Of a stretch of 56,076 bases of DNA, positions 46,432-55,331 are shown in pieces. The stretch's first letter is position 1; every line of letters begins with the position of its first letter. The notes beneath the pieces are model-generated. The model was not told the DNA's origin. It ran no database searches and saw only the letters and a program-made list of their open reading frames with translations. The DNA is from a virus. Its lineage: Duplodnaviria; Caudoviricetes. Position numbers and translations under genes: made by a program. The stretch spans positions 1-56,076 of the IMG/VR virus record IMGVR_UViG_3300027996_002398; one strand, 5' to 3'.

Positions 46432-49308
46432 TTATGCACTAATTGTCTCACCTTTAGAATCTAAAGACTTTTTAGAATCACTAAACCTATCTTTAATCAT
46501 ATAATCAGGTGATACCTTTTGTGATTCCCAAAACACCAACTCTTCATCACTAGGTGTCATTAACTCTTCTAGGTTATCTTGGTCACCTTCTTTAGACGCA
46601 ATACCAGAAACTAACTCTAATTCACTTCTAGTAAAAAATTGTTTTTCTGTTGGGTCAGTGATTAATAAAGACTCTCTAATATGTGTCCTAAAAACAACCA
46701 ATAAAGGTTCTACTTTTTTATTAAAAGCCGATAAATATTTTGGTACATTATACTCACCCTTTAGATTTGGGTTCTTTTCCATCTGTTCGGAACTAATTAA
46801 ATAAGAGTTAAAAACTAAAATTCCTTCAGGTGGGTCCGTTTTTCTTTTTCTAACCTGTATATCACCGTGTGATTTTCTAGAACCATTATTAATATAAAAT
46901 ATATTATCACCTAATTGTGGCTCAACACCTTCTTTTATCAATAACTCCATGTGAGCTTGTCTTGGCAGTGGTAGTTTGTTTTTATTTAACCCTCTATTTT
47001 TATATTGCTTAATAGTTTTTTTAACTTTTGAGTTGTTGGCTATTTCGGATAAAGGTATATCCATATTATAAATTCTTTCAAGGTAAGAATTATAGTAATC
47101 TACAAACCCTTTACCATCACCGTTTAACAACATTTTTATACCATTATTTAAAAAAGTTTTAATATATTTTTGGATTGTTTTACCTTTTATAGTATTACCA
47201 GTTAATTTAATCTTACCATTTGGCTTTAGTGTTGCGTAGTTTTTACGAGATAAATTAATTGTTGCTGGCCAAATCTCATCAATATCTAGACCCATAGCTC
47301 CATACATAAATCTATCGTTATATTCAGAAACATCAGCTTCAATTCCCTTATATTCCTTCCCTTCTTCAACAAATTTATGGAAACCACGACCAATGTAAGT
47401 GTGGTCACTAACGTTTTTACCATAAGAAAAGTTTACACCATCCGTATCTAAAACTAATGGTTTATAGTCTTTATCCATAAAAAACTGAATCATATGTCTT
47501 AGATATTGTCTGCCTGTACAGGTAATCATCTCACCAATATTAATATCACCCCAAGGAAATATATAGGGAGCTGAAATAGAACCAAAAGCTGAGTTGTTGA
47601 AAATTTTAATCGGTAATTGTTTTTTATCAAACTTACTACCCAAAAAGTTGTTACCTTCTTTATAATATTTACCGGCAAGATGTTTGTATTCATTACGTGT
47701 ATCCAAAAGGTACTGTAACATAGCTTCCAAAGCCCCTGAAACATCTACTTCAGGGAATACGTTATGGGTTAGTTGTATTGAAGGGTAAAGTGATGCGTAA
47801 TCAAATTTAGCAATATTAACACTATAACCTAAATTTAACAATCTAGACAAACCACCAACAAAATCTCTTTTTGGTTGTGTATCGGGTAATGCTAAATTAT
47901 TCTCATACGACCAAGCCATCATTAATAACTTCCACATTGTGGCCGTACCCATTGTTATAGACCTACCAAAGTTGGTTGGTACTAGAGCCGCTGTTAAAAA
48001 TCCAGCTTGAGCATAGGTATCATCAACTTGTTCTGTTTCTAAAAGGTCATCATTAAGATATTCCCTTAATAAAAATCTACCATCAACAATTTCCCACTTA
48101 TCTTCATAACCATCAATAATCTTACTATCAACTTCTTTAGGTTCTGGTTTAACACCATCCAAACCATACCATTGACCTGAAGTTGGGTTATAATTAAAAT
48201 CTTTGTTCTCATTCCAAATTTTACCTAATTTAGCACCATCAATATAAACTCTATTGGGCCTTTCTAATCCTGCTTCTTGAGCTATATACTTCAGTCTACC
48301 ATTTTGTAAACTAGAATTTAAAGCCATAGCTTGTCTAACTCTATGGTATGTATCCATGATATTATACCCCCACATTGTTGTTTGATAATAATCTTCTATC
48401 TCAGCACCCATTTTTAATGTTGCTGGTTTTCTAGCTAAACCTACCATTGGGTGTTTAGTTTTTATTACATCGGATAATATGTTTATCGAAGTTATTCTAT
48501 TATCTTTTTTATTCCTTCTAATATTTGTCTCCGACATACCCAATATGTCCATTCTACCAAAAATATAATTCCAATCAAAGTTTTCCGAGTTATACCCAAC
48601 AATAATGGAAGGTTCTAATTCGTGTATAATTTTAAATAAATCTTCATACATCTTCTTTTCACCTTCCTTACTATAATTACCGTCTTTACCATAAGCTGTT
48701 AACAACTTTTTAAAACCACGATTATCTTTAACCCCAACCATAAACGAATGTCCTGTTTCAGGTGTTAAACTAGTTGTCTCAATATCAAATGTTAGTTTAT
48801 GTACGTCAGTATAATCTTCATAACCTTTAAATAACCTTTTACCTGTTTGAACCATGAACTGTTCTACGGGTGGTAAAATCTGTACTAATTTTCTATCCCT
48901 ATCCCAAGGGTTTATACCCCCTCTTTTTAAAAAGTTAACCAAATCACGATAAGTACCTGTTGTTTTAACAATATACTTATAACCATCTTCTAACCTTTCA
49001 TTATCACCTGTTTTTAGTTTCTCCGTATAAATACCAAATTCTTTAGCCTTTCTTTTTATTTTTTCAACATCATCATCATAAAAGCCACTCCCTTTTAATG
49101 ATTTTGTCCAACAAAAAGGTGTAAACTTTTGGACTTTAATTCTTTTACCCTTCTTAGGGTCATCAATAACAATATATACTTTGTTTGTTTCGTCTATTGA
49201 CCAATCTCCTGTTTGGTCTAACTCTATAGATACGATATATTTTTCATCGTCATGCCCTTCTAAAAACTTTTTAATATCCTCTGGGGTAGCTTTTTCTATC
49301 TTACTCAT
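46432..49308 (-). CDS. polB: DNA polymerase family B
   Basis: Exo motifs FDIET, GYNSENFDW, YLNDD; Pol motifs DYASLYPS, KIFNNSAFG, DTDG. ATG 49308 chosen; GTG 49344 is an alternative. Confidence 0.95.
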   Translation of the reverse strand: MSKIEKATPEDIKKFLEGHDDEKYIVSIELDQTGDWSIDETNKVYIVIDDPKKGKRIKVQKFTPFCWTKSLKGSGFYDDDVEKIKRKAKEFGIYTEKLKTGDNERLEDGYKYIVKTTGTYRDLVNFLKRGGINPWDRDRKLVQILPPVEQFMVQTGKRLFKGYEDYTDVHKLTFDIETTSLTPETGHSFMVGVKDNRGFKKLLTAYGKDGNYSKEGEKKMYEDLFKIIHELEPSIIVGYNSENFDWNYIFGRMDILGMSETNIRRNKKDNRITSINILSDVIKTKHPMVGLARKPATLKMGAEIEDYYQTTMWGYNIMDTYHRVRQAMALNSSLQNGRLKYIAQEAGLERPNRVYIDGAKLGKIWNENKDFNYNPTSGQWYGLDGVKPEPKEVDSKIIDGYEDKWEIVDGRFLLREYLNDDLLETEQVDDTYAQAGFLTAALVPTNFGRSITMGTATMWKLLMMAWSYENNLALPDTQPKRDFVGGLSRLLNLGYSVNIAKFDYASLYPSIQLTHNVFPEVDVSGALEAMLQYLLDTRNEYKHLAGKYYKEGNNFLGSKFDKKQLPIKIFNNSAFGSISAPYIFPWGDINIGEMITCTGRQYLRHMIQFFMDKDYKPLVLDTDGVNFSYGKNVSDHTYIGRGFHKFVEEGKEYKGIEADVSEYNDRFMYGAMGLDIDEIWPATINLSRKNYATLKPNGKIKLTGNTIKGKTIQKYIKTFLNNGIKMLLNGDGKGFVDYYNSYLERIYNMDIPLSEIANNSKVKKTIKQYKNRGLNKNKLPLPRQAHMELLIKEGVEPQLGDNIFYINNGSRKSHGDIQVRKRKTDPPEGILVFNSYLISSEQMEKNPNLKGEYNVPKYLSAFNKKVEPLLVVFRTHIRESLLITDPTEKQFFTRSELELVSGIASKEGDQDNLEELMTPSDEELVFWESQKVSPDYMIKDRFSDSKKSLDSKGETISA

Positions 49309-49370
49309 AAATTTAGATTTTTGGTACGGGTTAATCTTACCCACTAGTTAATAATATTTTAATTATAGGC

Positions 49371-49410
49371 ATAAAAAAACACATCGTAAATAATCAGATG
49401 TGTTTTTTAT
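49371..49410 (-). terminator. Inverted repeat: terminator of the DHH-sigma gene, overlapping the putative polymerase promoter
   Basis: AAAAAACACATC-N11-GATGTGTTTTTT. Confidence 0.65.
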
Positions 49411-49412
49411 TT

Positions 49413-51362
49413 TTATCTACCTAAAAGCCCTTTTATTTTATTTTTCGCTTTCATTAAATTTGTTTTTGATGTACTTGTGGATACACCTAATTCTTTAGCT
49501 ATTTCGTTATGGGTTAAACCATCTAAATAGTAAAGTTCAAATGTTTTTTTGTATGCTGGTGATAGTTGTGGTAAAACTTTTGTGATATCACTTATAGAAA
49601 GATTTTCTTCTTCTTCTTCGTAGTCTTCATCACTATTATCATACCTAGAAAAGTCAAATCCATCTTCATTATCAACAAAAGATAATTTATTTTTTCTTAA
49701 TTCATCCAAGATACTATTATTAATAACCCTTCTTACCCAACCAGCTAATGAACCAGTTTCTTCGTATTTATGTAAATTTTTATGAACTTTTATAAATCCA
49801 TTTTGACAAAAATCTTCTGCTTTACTTACATCGTTTGTGTATTTCATGCAAACTTGTTTCAACATTTTGTCCCACATAGTAGAGTATATTTCTTGAAACT
49901 CCTTAACTTCTTTTAAAATAGTTTTTTTTGTTACTATATTTTCTTGTACTTTATCTTTATCTATTTTTTCTTTTAATTTATTAATAAGACTATCTTTTAA
50001 CTTTTTTAAGAAATCATTACCACCTTTACCAAAATACATCATACCAGATATGTTAGTAATACATTTGTGTCCACCACTATTCGCTTGAACCATATCCCAA
50101 CCTGTTACGGATAATAATTTAAGTGCCTTCCTTTCTCTAACACTTAAGTCACTATAAGGTTTGTCCATAACTTTTTTAATTGCACTTTGCCATCTCTCAA
50201 CCGTATAGTCCTCTGGTGAACCTTTAGGTGTTTTTTCTACACCACTAACACCACCACTAGACTCTTCAAACATGGCCATCATATCTTTAAACGTAAAACC
50301 AACAGATTCGGAGTTAAATGATTTATGTTTTTCAGCAAAATATTTAATAGTATCTACAGTTATTTTTTTAGATTTTAATTCTGACTCATATTCCTTTAAA
50401 ACTTCTTGAGCTATTTCACCTAAATTAACACCTTTTAATTCTCTACTAGCCTTAAAAGGGTTACAAGATGCCTGTAATAAACCTAGAGGCCAAGCTATAA
50501 CTAAAAAATTAGCTTCAGGGTAATTTTTAAAAGGTACGTATCTATCATAAGCACCAGGTTTAAATAAAGCTCCACCGCCATATTGTGATATAATACCGTA
50601 ATCTTCTATATATTCTACATTTTCACTAGATTTTTGTTTTAGAATATAGACATCTAGATTTGTTTTCATAACATCAGGTGAAACATAACCATCTTCTTTA
50701 GCTTGTTTAACTATATTTAAATAAATATTTAAAAGAGATGGTGTTGAGTTCATTACTAGATTTTCTAAAAATTTAGGTTTATTTTTATAGGCCAACAATA
50801 ACTTATTGGTCACTAAAGCCATAATTTTTTTATTTCTAGAAAGTTCTTTTTCTCTATCTAACTGAAAAACGTAAGTCATAACATCTTCAGGTTTAATTCC
50901 CATGTTAACAAAATCAGCCGAATCAACAGTAGAAATCATTTTAATGTCGTTATTTGGGAATATGTCGGAAGGTGAGACTATCTGTGAAATTGTCTCAACG
51001 TTTGAACGAGAAGACCTAAAAGAAGTTGAAGCGTTTTTTTCAGCACCAACCTGTTTATCGTGATGGTCAGTGTGTATAACAAACATTGGTTTACCATGAG
51101 CGAAATCAACTAAAACTGGCATGATATCACCTTTAGCTGATGGTTTTTTAATAGCGAACTCTTTATCACCATACTGTACTATTTCAGAATCAACAACCTT
51201 TATTCCGTTATTCTCCAAATAATTTTTCATTGCCAAAGCCGTGGTAACCCCGTCTAAATCTTGATGGAAATATATTTTTGCTTTAGAATATCTTTTAGAT
51301 AGTTCACGTATATTACGTAAACCACCTTCATTTAATAACCCCTCATTTAAAATAATGTTCAT
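49413..51362 (-). CDS. DHH/DHHA1 phosphoesterase fused to an ECF sigma factor
   Basis: HQDLDG, VDF, DHH (aa 99-101), SGGH; then from about aa 486 AEDFCQNGFIKV..GWVRRVINNSILDELRK (region 2) and LSPAYK..DGLTHNEIAKELGVSTSTSKTNL.KAK (region 4); late motif at 51378-51386. Confidence 0.85.
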   Translation of the reverse strand: MNIILNEGLLNEGGLRNIRELSKRYSKAKIYFHQDLDGVTTALAMKNYLENNGIKVVDSEIVQYGDKEFAIKKPSAKGDIMPVLVDFAHGKPMFVIHTDHHDKQVGAEKNASTSFRSSRSNVETISQIVSPSDIFPNNDIKMISTVDSADFVNMGIKPEDVMTYVFQLDREKELSRNKKIMALVTNKLLLAYKNKPKFLENLVMNSTPSLLNIYLNIVKQAKEDGYVSPDVMKTNLDVYILKQKSSENVEYIEDYGIISQYGGGALFKPGAYDRYVPFKNYPEANFLVIAWPLGLLQASCNPFKASRELKGVNLGEIAQEVLKEYESELKSKKITVDTIKYFAEKHKSFNSESVGFTFKDMMAMFEESSGGVSGVEKTPKGSPEDYTVERWQSAIKKVMDKPYSDLSVRERKALKLLSVTGWDMVQANSGGHKCITNISGMMYFGKGGNDFLKKLKDSLINKLKEKIDKDKVQENIVTKKTILKEVKEFQEIYSTMWDKMLKQVCMKYTNDVSKAEDFCQNGFIKVHKNLHKYEETGSLAGWVRRVINNSILDELRKNKLSFVDNEDGFDFSRYDNSDEDYEEEEENLSISDITKVLPQLSPAYKKTFELYYLDGLTHNEIAKELGVSTSTSKTNLMKAKNKIKGLLGR

Positions 51363-51427
51363 TTTTTATCTTTTTTAAATAAATATCACTACTTTACATT
51401 CAGTTCAATTAATTTATCTAAATATTG

Positions 51428-51637
51428 TTAAGCTTTATTCTCCTCTAACTCTATAAGTTTGTCTAGATAAGTTTTTGCTTTTTTTAAATCCTCTATACCG
51501 TTCTTATCTTTCCATCTGGTTACATATTTAACAATATTACCTTCAAAGAAATCTAATTTATGCGAATAAGCATAATCCCACATCTCAACCCCTTTATTAT
51601 AATGTTTGGGGTGTACAACCCTTTCTTTACTCTTCAT
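51428..51637 (-). CDS. DUF3310 family protein
   Basis: VVHPKHY, EGNIVKYVTRW..KNGIEDLKKA..YL. Confidence 0.85.
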   Translation of the reverse strand: MKSKERVVHPKHYNKGVEMWDYAYSHKLDFFEGNIVKYVTRWKDKNGIEDLKKAKTYLDKLIELEENKA

Positions 51638-51655
51638 ACGTTTTTTCAAATTTAT

Positions 51656-51686
51656 TTTGATTGTTTAGTTAAAAGTATTATATTTG
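51656..51686 (+). promoter_or_regulatory. Bacteroidota primary-sigma promoter (-33 TTTG / -7 TATATTTG)
   Basis: TTTG 51656-51659, 19-nt spacer, TATATTTG 51679-51686. Confidence 0.78.
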
Positions 51687-51699
51687 TATAAAAAAATCA

Positions 51700-51864
51700 A
51701 TGACAATAAAATTAAAATCAACACACACACCAAAAGAAAGAACTAACGAACCTCATTCTAGACCAAATATGGTTTATATTTTTGACTATTGGAAAAAAGC
51801 GGGTAATAATTTTAATTATAGTTTGTACCTTAAAATTTTAGAAGCCAAATCCAAATCATTGTAA
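51700..51864 (+). CDS. Small early protein (54 aa), not in the ORF track
   Basis: MTIKLKSTHTPKERTNEPHSRPNMVYIFDYWKKAGNNFNYSLYLKILEAKSKSL; directly behind the host-type promoter. Confidence 0.7.
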   Translation: MTIKLKSTHTPKERTNEPHSRPNMVYIFDYWKKAGNNFNYSLYLKILEAKSKSL

Positions 51865-53688
51865 TTAAAAATGGCCTTTTAACATTTGTTTAAATAAATC
51901 GTTCCCAATATCCATAGAAACATGTTCATCACCAATAACAGTATCAATAATCTTCCTTTTCTTTTCCAATATCTTATAAATCATTTCATCAATAGTACCT
52001 ACAGCTATAGGGTAATAAACGTTGGTTGTTGAAGTACTTCCTATCCTATGAGCTCTGTCTTCTGCTTGAGCATGATTTGATGGTACAAAGTCTAAATCAT
52101 TCATAATAACGGTCTCAGCTTTGGTTAGGGTTATTGCGGTACCGGCTGAAATAAGGTTACCCACAAACACTTTTACATTATCATCTTCTTGAAATCTGTC
52201 TATAGAGTTTTGTTTATTGTTAGCGTTCATTTTACCGTTATGACCAACAGCTAATCTACCAAAGTGGTCCATTAAAGCGTCAAAAGAATGGGTAAAGTTT
52301 GTGAAAATAATAACTTTTTGACCGTTTTCAATAGCTTGTTCAGCTAATTCAATTGTTTGTTTAGTTTTCTCCAAAGCTAAATACTTTCTTAAAACAATTA
52401 ACTCTACCATATGTCTACCTGTGCCTAACCTTTTACCTTCAGATTTAGCCCATTCTAAATACTCTTCAAAAACTCTGTGGTATTGACCCATGTCATCTAT
52501 TTCAACGTAATAAGGAGCAACTATCTTTGGTGGTAAATCTAAATGGTCTTCTTTTTTTCTCCTAAGAATTAAATTTTTAGTTCTATTATGTAACTCCTCT
52601 AGGTTAGAAGCTCCATCCGTAATCCATATGTCCCTATAACCACCTGATTTTAACTTCTTTTTAAATTTTTTACCATCACAATACCTAAAAGCAAATTGTT
52701 TCCAACTAGAGGTAACTGGTGAGTCACAAATATTTAATAGATTAAAGAAGTCCATAGGCCTATTAGCTATGGGTGTTCCCGTTAATAACCAACGCCTTTT
52801 TATTTTTTCAGTAATTTTATTCATTATCTTGGTTCTATTGGCTTTTGGATTTTTAACCATGTGTGCCTCATCCATAATAACTAAGTCAAATTCTTCATCC
52901 ATTAAATGTCTATGTATTTCATAGTCTTTATAATTTTTTCTACCATCAGTAATTGTGTGAAAATTTTTTAAAATATCATAATTAATTATTGTATATTTTT
53001 TAGGGTTCCAATGACCAGATTTAACTATAGAAATGTCTTCTTCTGGTATGTAAGCGTTAAGTTCCCTAAACCAATTTATTTTAGCGTTAGCAGGGCAAAC
53101 AACCAATATTTTCTTCGCTCCAGATTCAATGGAAGCTATGGTTGACATTAAGGTTTTGCCTAAACCCATGTCATCACCTAGTATTCTATTATTTTTACTT
53201 AATAAAAACTTAACACCTGTTTCTTGGTGAGGAAATACTCTCCACCCTCTTTTATCCCTTTTTTGATACTCATCAAAATCAACCTCAACCTCAACTTCAA
53301 CATCTAATAAATTTTCAGATATTTGTGACTTAGAAACATAAAAAAGTGGTGAATACTTTTGATTTTTAAATACCTTACCTTTTACGTGGTAACTTTTTTC
53401 TGTTTCACCTAAAACCCATTCTACCATTACTTTTTCTGGTATATGATTGAGTTCAAATTTATTTTGTAATTGTTTACCTAAAAACTCGTTTATTTCTATT
53501 ATTTTATTTATTTCTAAAGGTTCTCTATCAGAATTTAATTCAATGTATTCTGCAACACTAGGTGTGATAGGGAAAGAACCCTCCTTTTCTAATCTATTTT
53601 TTAATGAAATTAAATATTCATTATTACCACCATACTCTTCAAGTTTGACTAGAGCCTTTCTGTTTTTCAACTTATTAATATCTAACAT
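51865..53688 (-). CDS. SNF2-family helicase/translocase
   Basis: DDMGLGKT, DEAH, LTGTPIANRP, QAEDRAHRIG. Confidence 0.92.
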   Translation of the reverse strand: MLDINKLKNRKALVKLEEYGGNNEYLISLKNRLEKEGSFPITPSVAEYIELNSDREPLEINKIIEINEFLGKQLQNKFELNHIPEKVMVEWVLGETEKSYHVKGKVFKNQKYSPLFYVSKSQISENLLDVEVEVEVDFDEYQKRDKRGWRVFPHQETGVKFLLSKNNRILGDDMGLGKTLMSTIASIESGAKKILVVCPANAKINWFRELNAYIPEEDISIVKSGHWNPKKYTIINYDILKNFHTITDGRKNYKDYEIHRHLMDEEFDLVIMDEAHMVKNPKANRTKIMNKITEKIKRRWLLTGTPIANRPMDFFNLLNICDSPVTSSWKQFAFRYCDGKKFKKKLKSGGYRDIWITDGASNLEELHNRTKNLILRRKKEDHLDLPPKIVAPYYVEIDDMGQYHRVFEEYLEWAKSEGKRLGTGRHMVELIVLRKYLALEKTKQTIELAEQAIENGQKVIIFTNFTHSFDALMDHFGRLAVGHNGKMNANNKQNSIDRFQEDDNVKVFVGNLISAGTAITLTKAETVIMNDLDFVPSNHAQAEDRAHRIGSTSTTNVYYPIAVGTIDEMIYKILEKKRKIIDTVIGDEHVSMDIGNDLFKQMLKGHF

Positions 53689-53765
53689 AACTTATTAAAT
53701 ATAAAAACAATTTTTAAAAAATAAACCAAATAGAGGATTACTAAATATTTATAATAAAAGATTTT

Positions 53766-54281
53766 ATGTCAAGTAAGAAAAGATTACCAATAAATCGTAT
53801 GGGCAAATTTTATGATTATATAGATTTTGGTCTAGAAAACGAAATGGCACGTGAATATTTAGAGGGTGATATAAACTTTACTGTGATACTTTTTAGGGTC
53901 GATAGAATTAAAAGTCAAACGGATGATGTTTATGGTGAATCTGATTCTGAAGAAATAAGGTTTCATCCACCAATTGAATTAAAAGTTAGACCTTCTTTAG
54001 AAGAGTCTCAATCAAAAGCTTATTCTGAAGGGTATGGTAGATATGAAGATTACGGTAACTTAGTTTTTACTGTTTTTGAAGACCAATTAAAAGAATTAAA
54101 TGTAGACATTAGTTATGGTGATTACATTGGTTATCCTGATAAAGAGGATAATATAAAATATTTTACAGTATCTAATGACGGTAAAATAAATAGTGATAAC
54201 CAAAAGACAAGGGTGGGGTACAAACCTTATTATAGAAAAATAACTTGTGTTACAGCTGATGAAGATGAATTTAACGGATAA
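53766..54281 (+). CDS. Putative neck/head-closure protein
   Basis: DDVYGE pattern resembles T4-like neck proteins; late motif at 53745-53753. Confidence 0.55.
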   Translation: MSSKKRLPINRMGKFYDYIDFGLENEMAREYLEGDINFTVILFRVDRIKSQTDDVYGESDSEEIRFHPPIELKVRPSLEESQSKAYSEGYGRYEDYGNLVFTVFEDQLKELNVDISYGDYIGYPDKEDNIKYFTVSNDGKINSDNQKTRVGYKPYYRKITCVTADEDEFNG

Positions 54282-54289
54282 AATTAGAT

Positions 54290-55330
54290 ATGGCATTACC
54301 TAAGAAAATAAAAAAAGATATAGACATAAAAGTTGTTAACCCAGAATCTGGACCACAGAGATGGGTTGACCAGTTTTTAGAACAAAATAAACAATTTTTA
54401 CCTAGGTCAGTAGATTTTGCTGATTTAGATGCGGGACTGGTTGGTTTTGTTAATGACGATTTAGGTTTTGAGTTAAAGGGTGAAAAGGTTCCTGTCCATT
54501 TTTTAACTTTACAAAGATGGAATGAATTCACTAAACTTTGGCCTAATACAGATAAATATAAAAATATAAAAATTCCTTTTGTTTCTGTTGTAAGAAGACC
54601 TAACCCCGAAACAGGAACTAATCCGGCCGATTTTAAAATACCAGTTAGAAAAAACTTTCCTTATATGCAAATACCTATTTGGAATGGTAGTCGTAATGGG
54701 GCTGATATTTATGGTATACCTAACCCTGTTGGTGTTGATTTAACGTATACTGTTAGGTTTTTCTCTTTTAGAATGAGGGAACTTAATAAGTTACACCAAA
54801 AAGTGTTACAAACTTTTGCTTCAGCTCAAGCTTATGTCAATATAAAAGGCCATTATTTTCCTATATTATTAGAAAGTATTGGTGATGAAAGTCAGGTAGA
54901 TGATTTAGAAGGGAAAAGATTTTATGTACAAACCTATGAAATGAAATTACAAGGATATTTAGTAGATGAAGAAGAGTTTGATGTTAAACCAGCTATAAGT
55001 AGGATGTTTGTAACCACAGAAATAGAAACCAAAAGAACTAAACCTGTCGCTAGGTTTATTAAAGATGATACTGAAAATGATAAGTCTTTGAAGGTTGTGG
55101 TACAATTTTTACCTGGAGCACCAACCACATTAAGATTTTCTACAGATAATAAGACAAACTTTTCTTCTGTTGGTACGGATAATATTACAACCTATACAAT
55201 ACACTTAAATGGTAGTCCTGTATCGGTACCATTTGTGGCTGAACCAACTGACCAGATAATTATTAACATAGTTAAAACAGATTCTAATAAAATATCTGAA
55301 ATAAATTTAAGAGGATTAATTATAATATAA
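54290..55330 (+). CDS. Putative tail completion/terminator protein
   Basis: KIPFVSVVR...PNPVGVDLTYTVRF pattern; lies after the neck gene. Confidence 0.5.
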   Translation: MALPKKIKKDIDIKVVNPESGPQRWVDQFLEQNKQFLPRSVDFADLDAGLVGFVNDDLGFELKGEKVPVHFLTLQRWNEFTKLWPNTDKYKNIKIPFVSVVRRPNPETGTNPADFKIPVRKNFPYMQIPIWNGSRNGADIYGIPNPVGVDLTYTVRFFSFRMRELNKLHQKVLQTFASAQAYVNIKGHYFPILLESIGDESQVDDLEGKRFYVQTYEMKLQGYLVDEEEFDVKPAISRMFVTTEIETKRTKPVARFIKDDTENDKSLKVVVQFLPGAPTTLRFSTDNKTNFSSVGTDNITTYTIHLNGSPVSVPFVAEPTDQIIINIVKTDSNKISEINLRGLIII

Positions 55331-55331
55331 G

